A stretch of 63,341 nt of DNA, the filler included, from Craspedostauros australis (taxonomy: Eukaryota), in NCBI GenBank assembly GCA_030167865.1. It is 13 parts of 13 records of this genome, joined end to end, with 100 filler letters (N's around TTAATTAATTAA, not from the genome) between each part and the next. Parts side by side here need not be neighbours in the genome. Positions count along the whole stretch, not along the records: positions 1 to 2,005 come from JALAGF010005785.1; positions 2,106 to 6,585 come from JALAGF010005786.1; positions 6,686 to 9,211 come from JALAGF010005787.1; positions 9,312 to 16,084 come from JALAGF010005788.1; 9 more parts are not named here. One strand, 5' to 3'. How positions within the stretch are numbered: position 1 is the first letter of the stretch; each line of letters begins with the position of its first letter. The notes under the pieces were generated by a model. It was not told where the DNA came from. It ran no database searches and saw only the letters and a list, made by a program, of their open reading frames with translations. A program made the position numbers and the translations under genes. This document shows, one piece after another, positions 1 to 12,342 of this stretch.

Positions 1-8
1 GATGGACT

Positions 9-1226
9 GTGGAGTCCTTCCGAAGCAAGCCATTGTGTGCGGATCCAACACAAGTGGCTGTGATGGAGCTGCTGGACCAACTGGCTACCGTTGCATACTT
101 CGTTCTTCCGGAATTGTTTCCTTTGGTCATCTTTGAGTGTGTGGAGAGGACTTTGAAACACGGCATCCTCCCACATTCCTCTACCGCCTTCGCTGGTCTC
201 TCTGTGGTCATGGGGCCTATCATGGGAGATTTCAAAACCGCGGAAACGATTGGCAAGATCGCCATGCAGATGACAGAACACGAATCAAACCGAAATTGCG
301 AGAGTAAGGTCATTTACGCTTTAAACACTGCCGTGATACATTGGATAACGCCGATGGACGTTGCGTTGCAGGAACTGTGGAGAGGGCACGAGCTCGGCAT
401 GGCATGTGGTGATGTCAACACAGCCTTTCGAAATGTTTCCAGTCACCTACTAAACAGGTTCTTCGCGGGTGAACCGCTGGCCCAACTTGACGAAGACATG
501 CTGAGGTGTTTACATTCTATTAATGATGTGCCGCACATCGAGCAACAAGACTTCCTCAACATGAGTTGGCAGTCCATTCACAATCTTCGAGGTCTTTCCA
601 ACAGCGAAACGAAGCTGAAGGGAGACATGTATGATGAAGATGCCTTCTTCGGACAGCCAACTGAACAGATAGACGAGGTCATCGCAATCGTTGCGATGTC
701 GTACCAGCTGATCCTTGCCATATTCTTTGGCGACTTCGAGCTCGGCGCGACCATTTCGATAGAATCCTTCCACAAGCAGGTGAAGAAGATCCCAGGAGTT
801 GCCTTCCTTCCAATCGGAGCAACGTACGGCAGCATCTGCTGTTATGCCGCTGGCTACACAGTCTCGAGCAAATCGAAAGCAGCCACATACCGCAAGCAAG
901 GAGACCGCTGCCGCAAGCAGCTCCGCAAGTGGGCCGAGATGGGCAACCCAAACTGCCAACATAGCTACGCGTTGGTGCAAGCAGAACACAAGATGCTGCG
1001 ATCCAAGTTCGGCTCCGCCGTCGTGAATTTCAAGGATGCGATCGATCTCGCCACGAGCTGCGGCTTCACGAACGATCAAGCGCTGGCGAATGAGCGCCTT
1101 TCGGAGTGCTTGACAAGGATGGGGATGGACGATGCGGCCGACCAGGCAATGGAAGAAGCCATTCGGCTGTATGGAGAATGGGGTGCAATGAGGAAGGTGG
1201 AGAAACTGAGATCGATGCACGAGAAG
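9..1226 (+). CDS. C-terminal helical/TPR-like region of an AAA/STAND-type 'multi-sensor kinase-like' protein family expanded in diatoms (partial)
   Basis: Long open ORF with motifs recalled for this family: G...GD...A, W..MGNPN..H...L..AE and ALANER......AIRLYGEWGA.RKV..L. Start lies outside the window; end runs into a gap. Confidence 0.65.
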
Positions 1227-2005
1227 NNNNNNNNNNNNNNNNNNNNNNNNNNNNNNNNNNNNNNNNNNNNNNNNNNNNNNNNNNNNNNNCAGCGCTGAGA
1301 ACGAATAGATGAGCCATTACCCGTAGTCTGAAATCTACTCTCCTCCATTTTTCGCTCCGCACTTGAAAAGGGGTTTGGTAGTAGAATATTCCTCCGTTGT
1401 GAAATGATTTCCACTTATCTGTTTTATCATCGGTTCGACACCGTGTCGTGGTGGCCGACTTTGGGAGCTGCGGGAGACCAATTTCCCAGTCGCCTCCCAC
1501 CCTGGTCTGACGCATCCTTGTTGACCTTCGGTACCCATCGCAGTATCATCAATAGTTGATGTACCAATGTATATAGATACCAATTAAACCGTACCATAAC
1601 ACAGAGGACAGCATCTCCACATTTAGACTGCTTGTCTGGCGCCATGCCTCCACGTTTCTGTCACTGAAACACTGTGCAAGAGTTGGTTCGTGTGCTTTCA
1701 CTTGTTCGAGTGTCTGGAAGGTTAATTATTGGTGTGACGTCACTCTCTCTTCGGTAATTCCAAACCGTCCTCCAGTTCCACAGACGAATTAGAACACTGT
1801 GCAACATGCAAAGAACGACGCAATGACAAAATCACGAAACATCGATTTTCTATATGACATTTTATTTGTGTTCACAAGCACGCAATCGATATTTGTTTGA
1901 AAGGAAACGTGAGAACTCCCATCGTGTTGTGGACATCGGTATCTTCGTGACCTGTCGCAGACATCATTGCGTTCCCACCAAATAAGAGTTTTGACATAAC
2001 GCCAC

Positions 2006-2105
2006 NNNNNNNNNNNNNNNNNNNNNNNNNNNNNNNNNNNNNNNNNNNNTTAATTAATTAANNNNNNNNNNNNNNNNNNNNNNNNNNNNNNNNNNNNNNN
2101 NNNNN
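2006..2105. other. Artificial scaffold linker (44N-TTAATTAATTAA-44N); 12-mers at 2050, 6630, 9256, 16129, 21272, 22967, 48902, 50479, 52485, 56810, 58763 and 61106
   Basis: The same stop-codon-rich palindromic 12-mer sits inside identical N padding 12 times, with unrelated sequence on each side. Confidence 0.97.
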
Positions 2106-3156
2106 GCAGGCAACCAACCCAGCTTGCGTCAAGACAAAGTGGTGCGCACGATGGGGCAAGGCCGAGTCCGCTGAAGTGAGCTGGGAACCTATGAAAACCA
2201 CCTCCAGGAAATGGAGAGGCGGCAAACGCCGGACCATACAGAAACTTATGACGGGCACCAGTGCCAGTGGCAAGAACATGGCGCGGCGGCAGCAAGAACG
2301 CACAGACAGGTGCCCCCGGTGCGGCCAGCCTGAGGACAACCAGCATATCCTCATGTGCCCCAGTGCCGCCAGCCAAGCCATATGGGCCAAGGCGATCCAA
2401 AAGGTACGGTCAATCGTGCGACCGCCNACGACGCCGCNGGCAGTCGCCCAACTCGTGTGCACAGCCATCCGACGCATCACCACAGGGGGCCTTCCACCAT
2501 CTGGCATACGAGACTCTCCAACCAAATCCATACAGCTCCAGCAGTCCAAGGTTGGATGGATGGCCATGCTCTGGGGAGGATGGGCGCGACAATGGCGGGA
2601 GCAAGCGCCCCCCATGGCGCCGCACCGCCGCCGACGCAGCCCACGTCTGCTGCACGACTGGCAGGCCAGCGTCACCAACCTGATGNNNNNNNNNNNNNNN
2701 NNNNNNNNNNNNNNNNNNNNNNNNNNNNNNNNNNNCAGCCCACGTCTGCTGCACGACTGGCAGGCCAGCGTCACCAACCTGATGTGGCACACTGCCCTTG
2801 CACAATGGCAGGACCGGAATGACGCCAAGGCATCCCTAACATCAGCTGACATGGTGCCTGAGCTCTGTCAATACTTCCAAGCGATGACGGCGCGGCCAGC
2901 CGCCTCCATCCCTGCAGTCCTCCGCCCGCTCTGGGAACAACCCCCGCAGCAAGCACGCACCACGCAGCTCATTCAGTGGGTCCAGGCGATGCGTCAGGGG
3001 CTTGGCACCGACGCACCGCCAGCAGACCCAGTGCTGGTGAACTGGATGCGAAACCACAGCCGCAACAACCGCCCCGGTGACGCTCCCACTGACAACGCAC
3101 TGCCCGCCGGCCCCACCGGCAACCCAGCACGGCAAGCTCTGATCACACCACACTGA
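2106..3156 (+). mobile_element. Non-LTR retrotransposon (LINE) ORF2 3' end with CCHC zinc knuckle
   Basis: CPRCGQPEDNQHILMC and Q..VGW..ML.G.W...W motifs; nearly identical to 7937-9211. Confidence 0.85.
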
Positions 3157-3236
3157 GACCACCCATACATCCGTTCCCGCTGCGTGCCCACATGTAGAAT
3201 AAACGAGGCGGAATCAAAGCGCCCCCGGCGCATGAC

Positions 3237-6200
3237 CTAACAGTTATAGTCCGTGTGATATATATGTACATGTTGTAGACCCCTGATGCGTGTTGGTGTG
3301 CATATCCAATGAACACCATCTCTTCTCTGTTCTTGAGTTTGGCGGTGATCCCGCCGTAGGTAGTCTTCACGACACCCACCTCTCCGAATGTGCGGAGTGC
3401 ATCCGCGTATGGTGGATCGCTGCCGAAGAATTGTCGATGTGGTGACTCTTTCTGATTTTTCGCTATGGTGATGTTGGCGATGGCGGTGGCAGTGCTCGCA
3501 GCTGCTGCCCACAGGCCATGCCTATACTCTTCGTCAAGCTGTGCTCCGTTGAGCATGGAGCGGATCTTGGTGTAGAGGTACGCGAACTTGCGTTCTACTC
3601 TACCATTCTGTTGCGGCGTGTTCGATGCCGTGAATTCGAATTTCACGTTGAGTCCTGCATCGATGAGAATATCCTGCGTGGATTTGTTCTCTCCGCTGTT
3701 GTCTCCTCAGAAGATGATTTGTTGATCACCAGTCTGTGACTTGATCGTCTGGACGAATCGTTTGATGTATCCTGGTTGGTCACTTTTGTTCTTGAGAAAG
3801 AAACTCCAGCAGTGATCTGTGCAGTCGTCCACGATCAGGGTCCAGTAGCGTTTATCTCCAAAGCTTATGTGTTTAGTGTAACTAATGTCAATGAAGAGAT
3901 GTTCCCCGCAGCGAGTTGCTCTCGGGATCGTCGCCTTCAAGATGTTCTTCACTCTAGCGTTCGCGACCGCGCAGTCGCGACATACTGGCATCTCGCCGAT
4001 GATCTTCCATCCGTATTGGGCGGCTCTCCGCTTCATGGTCACGAGTGGCGCGTGGCCGAGCATTCGATGCAAGTTCACCGCGCTGATCTCCTTCGATGGA
4101 TTCTTGATGATGGCTGTGCAAGCCTTGTCGTCGTCCGTTGGCATGATGGGATGCATCTGCACTCCCGTGATGAATCTGTTGGATGTGGGGAAGACTCTGT
4201 ACAGAGCCTTGTTCGTAGAGAAAAGGTTCACCGCCATTTTTGGTGTGTACTTCACATCATCGAGTCGGATGATGTGGCCAGTGTTGTTTCGTTGCTTGAC
4301 CTTCAAGCGAATGGATCTCATTTTGGGAGAGTCCAGCTTCGTGCTGTCTCCCACTTGGACGAAGGACTTGATGTGCTGCACGTTGAAGAGAGCGGCGTCC
4401 AAATTGACGATGTGACACGAAGCTCCGCTGTCGGCGAGCCAGGTGTCCTTGTTGACCTTGTCCTTGTGCTTGGTGCTCAGTTCGTGGAGCTGTTCTATGG
4501 CTGCTGCAGCTATCTCGTCGTCAAAGCTGCCGTCATCGTCATCTTCGTGAACTCCGTCTTCGTTGTATGGATGATGGTGATCTTCATCATCCATGTCGTT
4601 GGGTAGTTGCGTGTAGTCCGATGGAATCGTACTGTTCCGATGTGATCCTGTGGCTGGATCATATGGGTTCACGCGTGGTCGTTCGCGTAAGAGTACGCGC
4701 ATACATCCTCCAAGGATGTAATGCAGGTCCATTTCGGAGAGTTGGTCTTCTCCTGCTGCCTGCAATAGTCGGTTGAGGATGGCTGCGTTGGAAAGGATCT
4801 CTTCAATTGACTTGAAGTTGTCGGACAGGATAGTGCTCACCATGTTCACCCATATGTATCACAATGGTTCGTTCACGAATCCTGGGAACATCAGCATTGC
4901 AGCTGTTAGAACTGCGTCATAGATGAGCTGCTTCTGCATTCGTCTTGCAGTAACCGTTGGTTCTGGGAACATCTCGAGTCGGTAGATGTCGTCGACTCTT
5001 CTGGGGTTTGGCCCCGGTGGAAATTGGACTCTGATTGGGTAGACGACATGTTCGTGGGGATTGAAGGTGTCGCTCGGACGACCTTCGGCTTTGCTGCTAT
5101 CATCTTCGTCAAAGATGTCCGTTCTCTCATTTCCTGCTGCTGGAGGAGGCAGCGCTTCGCCGCGATTTGCCTCGTCTCCGGAGGCGTCGTCGTCGTCGTC
5201 GTCTTCGTCTGCACCGTCCTCGTCGGCGTCGTTGTCGTCTTCGCTCATGGCCTCCTCGACATCGATGTCGATGGCCTCGTTGCCCATCTCAGCTCTGTTG
5301 CCGTATGGACCAATCAGGTTGTTCGCGTTGAAGCAGCACTCGTAGCTCACCTCACGTCTTGGATCCACCTCGTGGATGATGGGCTCCTCGCTGAGCCACT
5401 CTGGGACGATCTCATCGTCCTGTACTTCGTCGTCACTTCCGACGCACGCGAAGTTATCGAAGAAGGAATCTTCGATGTAGTCGTCGGACACCAACATGCA
5501 GAGCGGCATGTCCTTTGCTGAGAGTACCATCTCGTGCCCGCTCTTGTTGTGTCCTTGTGTTGCTGTGTTGGCCTGCTCGTCGGCCTTCTTCTTCTCGTTG
5601 AACTTCTTCTTTCGGCACTCCGCCTCGCGATGTCCGAAGATGCCGCAGTAGTTGCACTTCCCGTTGAAGCCGCTTCCCTTGTTGCGATTGTTGTTGCGCT
5701 TTCCATTCATTTTGTTGTTGTTGTTTTTCTTGTTGTTCGATTTCTTACGCTCAGGGCAATCCGCAGATCTGTGACCATACACACCACAGTTGTGGCAGGT
5801 CCCCTTGAAGTTACCGGTGCTCGTGAAGCCAGTATCGTTGCTCTTCGTGTTACTGTCTTGAAAGTTGTCGATGTACGCCTTTCCTCCTTGATGAGTGGCA
5901 TGTGCTGTGCGGAGTACTCCTCTGATCGCGTTGATGGTGACTACGTCTGGATTGAACGTGAGTTGGTGATGGAAGTTCACGATGTGAGTTTTGTACTCTT
6001 TGCTCACCGTGCTGAGGATCTGTATGATCATGTCTTCTTCAGTGATCGTGTAACCGACATTGTGGAGACGCGAGCGTAGTATCTCGAGTCGCGTGATGTA
6101 TACGTCGGGGTCTGAGGCTCTCTTCATCCTTTCGTTGTTGAATTGACGCTTGAGTTTGATCTTTGTCACCGCATCGGATGGGCGGAACTTCTCCGCGAGA

Positions 6201-6481
6201 ATGTTCCACGCCGTGTGTGGATTCCCCTCAGGGTAATCATCGGAGATGCATTGATTGATGTATTGGATGGCTTGCTTGCCTTTTCCCTTCTCTGCATCCA
6301 TCATAAGGATCAGATCGCTGAAGCAGTCAGCTGCCAGCTTGTGGGTTTCCTCCATCGCTTCCTTGGCATCTTCAGTGGCTGCTGCGATCTTGCTCACTGT
6401 TGGGATCTTCGTCTTGCCCAACATCACGTCTCTTGTCTTCTGTGTGCGCGCGTACGCCTTCGCCTGGGACTCCCATGCGTT
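3237..6481 (-). mobile_element. Degenerate Ty1/copia internal region: gag (two zinc knuckles) - acidic insert - protease - GAG-pre-integrase - integrase
   Basis: CHNCGVYGHRSADC and CNYCGIFGHREAEC; WLADSGASCH; LHRMLGH..CRDC; IVDD, DNSGEN and TPQQNGRVERK. One frame broken by in-frame TGA stops at 4859-4861 and 3707-3709. Confidence 0.92.
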
Positions 6482-6585
6482 TGTCGAGATGTATATGTGA
6501 TTATACGTCAAGATGTACGTGTATATGTGCATCGTTCACCCGCTATTCTCTCATACGCACTTGGACGGTATAACTACACTCGTGT
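6482..6585 (+). repeat. Copia LTR 5' end inserted into the gag N-terminus
   Basis: TGTCGAGATG... matches the LTR terminus defined by the PPT at 62755-62763. Confidence 0.85.
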
Positions 6586-6685
6586 NNNNNNNNNNNNNNN
6601 NNNNNNNNNNNNNNNNNNNNNNNNNNNNNTTAATTAATTAANNNNNNNNNNNNNNNNNNNNNNNNNNNNNNNNNNNNNNNNNNNN

Positions 6686-9211
6686 CCCAACGTGGTGGCA
6701 GAACACATTCCAGTCTGCAGCCGACATCGGCATCACCATGACCAACCTCGACCATCCCAATTCGCTGCCGCGAGAAGGAGACGACACAGTCATGAATCTG
6801 GCGATCAGCGCCGGTGTGCACAGAAACACTCTCGCCTTGGCCAATGTGGCTAGACTGCATCTGAGAGTGATGTGGCTGTCCGACATCGCAACGGCTCAGG
6901 GCGACCGAATCCGGTCTCAGATCCTGCAGCGCATCCAACTACCAGCTGGCCCGATCTGCTGGCCGAAGGTAGGGACAGTCTCCAAGAAGGCGTGGGAAGC
7001 GTGGGACCAAGTGTTGACGGCGCTTGCGGCGACCGACCGCCCCGGGTGGCACATACGACGACGGCTTGGACCATGGCGAATCATCCCGCAAAGACGCGAG
7101 TCAATGCGACCCGACGGATCGGTGCTCACGCCAGGCCTGCCAGCGATGCCCAACAGCTCTCCAGCAGCTCCGGTCGAGGTGATTGACCGAGCGCTCCGGC
7201 GATCTGGAATGGCCATCACGTCCCGAGGGCACATCCAGAAGCAGCCACTTCCCACCACGCTGAGAGCATGGATGCACCAGAAGGGGCCGGCCGCAGTGCG
7301 CATTCTTGCAGACGTGCACGTCCTCGGAGAGATACACTCGATCGTGCGATCCATAGCAGAGGGTACCTGCTCTGCATGCAGCGATGCTTCAGCCAAGCAT
7401 AACCACGGATCGGCAGCTGCGATCATCCAGCGTGACCCCGCCGACGGTCGACACCAGATGCTTGCGATGTCAGCCGTGCCAGAGGGATCGCACCCCACCG
7501 ACTCCAACCGTGCTGAGCTCGCCGGAGTGCTAATGTCAGTGTGGATGATCACGTCGGTGGCCGAATGGGCAAGCATACGCGGGCAAGCCACCATCGCCTG
7601 CGACAACAACCGGGCGCTGCGAGCTGTGGACCCAACGCAATGGCCAGACCCCAACAAGCCGGACTATGATCTATGGTCTGAGCTGGTCAGGTGCCTGCGT
7701 AGGTCGCCTGTCACGTTCCGACAGCAGGAGGTTCAAGGCCACGCCGACGGCGATGGACGCCAGCTCACCNNNNNNNNNNNNNNNNNNNNNNNNNNNNNNN
7801 NNNNNNNNNNNNNNNNNNNNNNNNNNNNNNNNNNNNNNNNNNNNNNNNNNNNNNNNNNNNNNNNNNNNNNNNNNNNNNNNNNNNNNNNNNNNNNNNNNNN
7901 NNNNNNNNNNNNNNNNNNNNNNNNNNNNNNNNNNNNGCAGGCAACCAACCCAGCTTGCGTCAAGACAAAGTGGTGCGCACGATGGGGCAAGGCCGAGTCC
8001 GCTGAAGTGAGCTGGGAACCTATGAAAACCACCTCCAGGAAATGGAGAGGCGGCAAACGCCGGACCATACAGAAACTTATGACGGGCACCAGTGCCAGTG
8101 GCAAGAACATGGCGCGGCGGCAGCAAGAACGCACAGACAGGTGCCCCCGGTGCGGCCAGCCTGAGGACAACCAGCATATCCTCATGTGCCCCAGTGCCGC
8201 CAGCCAAGCCATATGGGCCAAGGCGATCCAAAAGGTACGGTCAATCGTGCGACCGCCNNNNNNNNNNNNNNNNNNNNNNNNNNNNNNNNNNNNNNNNNNN
8301 NNNNNNNACTGCAGGCTGGAGCCTCCACACAGTATGCGGGCCGGTGACAGACCTGGGCTATTGGACAGTATCGCAGGCAACCAACCCAGCTTGCGTCAAG
8401 ACAAAGTGGTGCGCACGATGGGGCAAGGCCGAGTCCGCTGAAGTGAGCTGGGAACCTATGAAAACCACCTCCAGGAAATGGAGAGGCGGCAAACGCCGGA
8501 CCATACAGAAACTTATGACGGGCACCAGTGCCAGTGGCAAGAACATGGCGCGGCGGCAGCAAGAACGCACAGACAGGTGCCCCCGGTGCGGCCAGCCTGA
8601 GGACAACCAGCATATCCTCATGTGCCCCAGTGCCGCCAGCCAAGCCATATGGGCCAAGGCGATCCAAAAGGTACGGTCAATCGTGCGACCGCCTACGACG
8701 CCGCCGGCAGTCGCCCAACTCGTGTGCACAGCCATCCGACGCATCACCACAGGGGGCCTTCCACCATCTGGCATAAGAGACTCTCCAACCAAATCCATAC
8801 AGCTCCAGCAGTCCAAGGTTGGATGGACGGCCATGCTCTGGGGAGGATGGGCACGACAATGGCGGGAACAAGCGCCCCCCATGGCGCCGCACCGCCGCCG
8901 ACGCAGCCCACGTCTGCTGCACGACTGGCAGGCCAGCGTCACCAACCTGANGTGGCACACTGCCCTTGCACAATGGCAGGACCGGAACGACGCCAAGGCA
9001 TCCCTAACATCAGCCGACATGATGCCTGAGCTCTGTCAATACTTCCAAGCGATGACGGCGCGGCCAGCCACCTCCATCCCTGCAGTCCTCCGCCCGCTCT
9101 GGGAACAGCCCCCGCAGCAAGCACGCGCCACGCAGCTCATTCAGTGGGTCCAGGCGATGCGTCAGGGGCTTGGCACCGACGCACCGCCAGCAGACCCAGT
9201 GCTGGTGAACT
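6686..9211 (+). mobile_element. LINE ORF2 fragment with RNase H and CCHC knuckle (diatom Ambal-like clade by inference)
   Basis: RNase H motifs CSDAS, SNRAELAGV, IACDN, PDYDL and VQGHAD, followed by CPRCGQPEDNQHILMC. Contains assembly duplications around gaps. Confidence 0.85.
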
Positions 9212-9311
9212 NNNNNNNNNNNNNNNNNNNNNNNNNNNNNNNNNNNNNNNNNNNNTTAATTAATTAANNNNNNNNNNNNNNNNNNNNNNNNNNNNNNNNN
9301 NNNNNNNNNNN

Positions 9312-11346
9312 CTCAACGACAGCATCTTTGACATGGAAACACCCATGCCCAAGAAGAGCAGAAAGTCAGAAGAGGAGAGCGAAGACGACGACCACAACCT
9401 CTCTGGGAAACCAACCGTTCCCATCATGGGAGGTCTCCTCAAGCAAGGACGCAACTGGGTGCCCTGGACCGCAGGCGCACCAAACGGACATTGGACCGGC
9501 CTCCAAGACGAGTCACACACCAGGTGGACNNNNNNNNNNNNNNNNNNNNNNNNNNNNNNNNNNNNNNNNNNNNNNNNNNNNNNNNNNNNNNNNNNNNNNN
9601 NNNNNNNNNNNNNNNNNNNNNNNNNNNNNNNNNNNNNNNNNNNNNNNNNNNNNNNNNNNCACATGGCAAGAACCGGACTCCTCACCATGGCGTACATTGC
9701 TGACGCCAACGTAGAGTCAGGGATGACTTGCGTCCTGGATTCACCAGCCGCCTTCACTCTTGAAGATGCCACCAAGCACTTTGACGAGTTCCATCTGAAG
9801 TGGGATCACTACGACGTCCAGAACAACGAGACAGCCTCAGCGTTCTTCCGTGACAGTCTTGATCCANNNNNNNNNNNNNNNNNNNNNNNNNNNNNNNNNN
9901 NNNNNNNNNNNNNNNNNNNNNNNNNNNNNNNNNNNNNNNNNNNNNNNNNNNNNNNNNNNNNNNNNNNNNNNNNNNNNNNNNNNNNNNNNNNNNNNNNNNN
10001 NNNNNNNNNNNNNNNNNNNNNNNNNNNCAACTCCTTGGATGAACAAGACGCCCTCGCAGCCAAGATCCGCGAAGTCAACTGCAGACGTTTTCCAAACGAG
10101 AACGTTGGTCTGATGGCAGTCCACCTTCGTGCTCTTTGCAAGCGCCTCGACGACGCCGGTCGCTTCGACCTCCGTCTCCTCCGAACGATCCTCGATGCCT
10201 TCCTNNNNNNNNNNNNNNNNNNNNNNNNNNNNNNNNNNNNNNNNNNNNNNNNNNNNNNNNNNNNNNNNNNNNNNNNNNNNNNNNNNNNNNNNNNNCCCGT
10301 CTTCACATACGAGTACGCTCGCCCCCAGCTTGCCGCAAAAGATCTCACATGGATGGCAATCTGCAACAAGGCTGAATCGTTGTACGAAAACGAAGTGCGC
10401 GGAAATCGCTGGCATGCCATCAGGCGTACCAGAGATAGCAACGTGCCTAAGTACTCGTACGCCAACAACGTCGTCCAGAATCCAAGCGCCAACGTTCTCG
10501 AGCAACACAAGGGTTTCTCCAAGAACGATGGANNNNNNNNNNNNNNNNNNNNNNNNNNNNNNNNNNNNNNNNNNNNNNNNNNNNNNNNNNNNNNNNNNNN
10601 NNNNNNNNNNNNNNNNNNNNNNNNNNNNNNNNNNNNNNNNNNNNNNNNNNNNNNNNNNNNNNNNNNNNNNNNNNNNNNNNNNNNNNNNNNNNNNNNNNNN
10701 NNNNNNNNNNNNNNNNNNNNNNNNNNNNNNNNNNNNNNNNNNNNNNNNNNNNNNACAGGACAACCTCTCCATCGACATGGCTGCCTGGACATGCTTCACA
10801 GCCGCCTCCAGCCAAGACGAAGACACCTGGTGGTCCCTAGTCTGGAACCTCTTCACCTCCTTCAACTACTTCGGTAGCATCGTTGGAATGGTCCTCCTCT
10901 TCGCCTCACTCCAAGTCATCACCATCGGAGTAGAGTATGGGTGGTACATCGCGGCAGCTAATGCCTGGATGCTAACCGCCGTAACTCTACTACTCCTTCA
11001 CACGAACGTTCCACGAAGACCCGACTCAATCAACTCTGCTGACCTAGTCTACAACAAGGCACGAGTCAAAGAACGGTACAAGCAAGTGCACAAACGCCCA
11101 ACACACTTCAATGGAGCCGTGAAACGCAGTCTCTACGATCTCGTAATGGAAAGTCTCGACCCAGATGCGCCCAAACCCGTGAACGTGTCGAAAGGAAAAT
11201 CCCCACGAACAAAACGTGTGTGGCGTCCCCAGGCTCGGACCAAATCCCGCAATCACAGATCAAAACGTCGTCACTGGAATCAATCGAAAACTTCCACTTA
11301 TGGTAGAAACCAACCACTCACGACTGCAAAATTGCCCCGCCAGGAA
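9312..11346 (+). mobile_element. Gag-like region of a diatom CoDi-type copia element, with a downstream hydrophobic segment; gapped and truncated by an LTR
   Basis: YDVQNNETASAFFRDSLD and FPNENV resemble diatom copia Gag; the ORF is cut at 11347 by an LTR end. Confidence 0.55.
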
Positions 11347-12216
11347 TGTTGGCAAGTTCCGCTCACAGTAACCTACGAATGTGGAAGATGATGTTGGTTG
11401 ATAGTCGTCTGTTTGCTATTTCATTACGTTGGCACTCCGATACTCTCGGTGTCCGTTCGTTCTCTTGCCCGATGCTCTCGGTGCTTCAATCTGTTTTGTA
11501 GATTCAGTCTCCGACTATGAGTCGGTACGCGAGATCCTCTCTCGCTCCTCTCTGTATTCTCTCTCTCTCTCTCAGCATCGTGTGCTCGTGCTACACGATA
11601 CTCCGTGTTTGATGGGTACTCCGCATTTGACACTCCGTTCATTCAGTACTGGCTTCTACTCCATGAGTACTTACCATTTGAAGTTCACCTTCAGTATCCA
11701 TGATCTTCATGGGTCATCGTATCTTCGCCTCCTACTCTGACTTGGAGACAGCTGTCGACGTGGTGACATGTTGACATCCTGTCGACGTCAGTAGTCGTCC
11801 TTCTGCTCTCCAGATGTCACGTTCCATTGGTGATGCAGTAGTCTGTCAGATGATATCGTCATCTGAGGTTTAGTTGGGANNNNNNNNNNNNNNNNNNNNN
11901 NNNNNNNNNNNNNNNNNNNNNNNNNNNNNTGATATCGTCATCTGAGGTTTAGTTGGGAAGTACCTCGAGATTCTCTTGGTACCATTGATGGATGGACGGA
12001 CGATCTTCTGATTTTCTCAGAAATCGTTATTTGCAAATTTCCTCCAGAAATCTTGCCCCTTTTCGTGTGTTCCATTTCCCCTGTAATTCTGACGAATCAC
12101 AGCATACTGTCGACACGAGTATAGTTATACCGTCCAAGTGTGTATGAGAGAATAGCGGGTGAACGATGCACATATACATGTACATCTTGACATATACTCA
12201 CATGTACATCTCGACA
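11347..12216 (-). repeat. Full-length copia LTR (solo-like, no TSD)
   Basis: Runs from TGTTGGCAAG to CATCTCGACA, colinear with 61937-62754. The flanks AGGAA and AATCT do not match. Confidence 0.9.
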
Positions 12217-12342
12217 AATCTCCACGTTAAATTCAATTTTGCGTCCTGGCGCAACCAATTTTATCCATCCGGGTACTTTTGCGTCAGGAGACAAAAAACA
12301 GTGATTTTGCGTCCTGACGCAACAAAAAATCACCGTGGATAT
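12217..12342. mobile_element. Divergent end of the ATAT-MITE family
   Basis: Three degenerate TTGCGTCC.G.CGCAA motifs, then the terminus ...GTGG-ATAT abutting LINE coding sequence. Confidence 0.6.

Noticed and set aside
6482..6532. MHIYTYILTY... as the Gag start
   Set aside because: These codons come from the inserted LTR read antisense; real gag homology starts at about WESQAKAY.
7937..8700. Tandem duplications flanking N gaps (also near 2640, 17790, 21640, 49470, 51320, 52970, 57380 and 59350)
   Set aside because: Near-identical sequence on both sides of ~50-N gaps indicates unmerged overlaps or alleles, not real tandem repeats.
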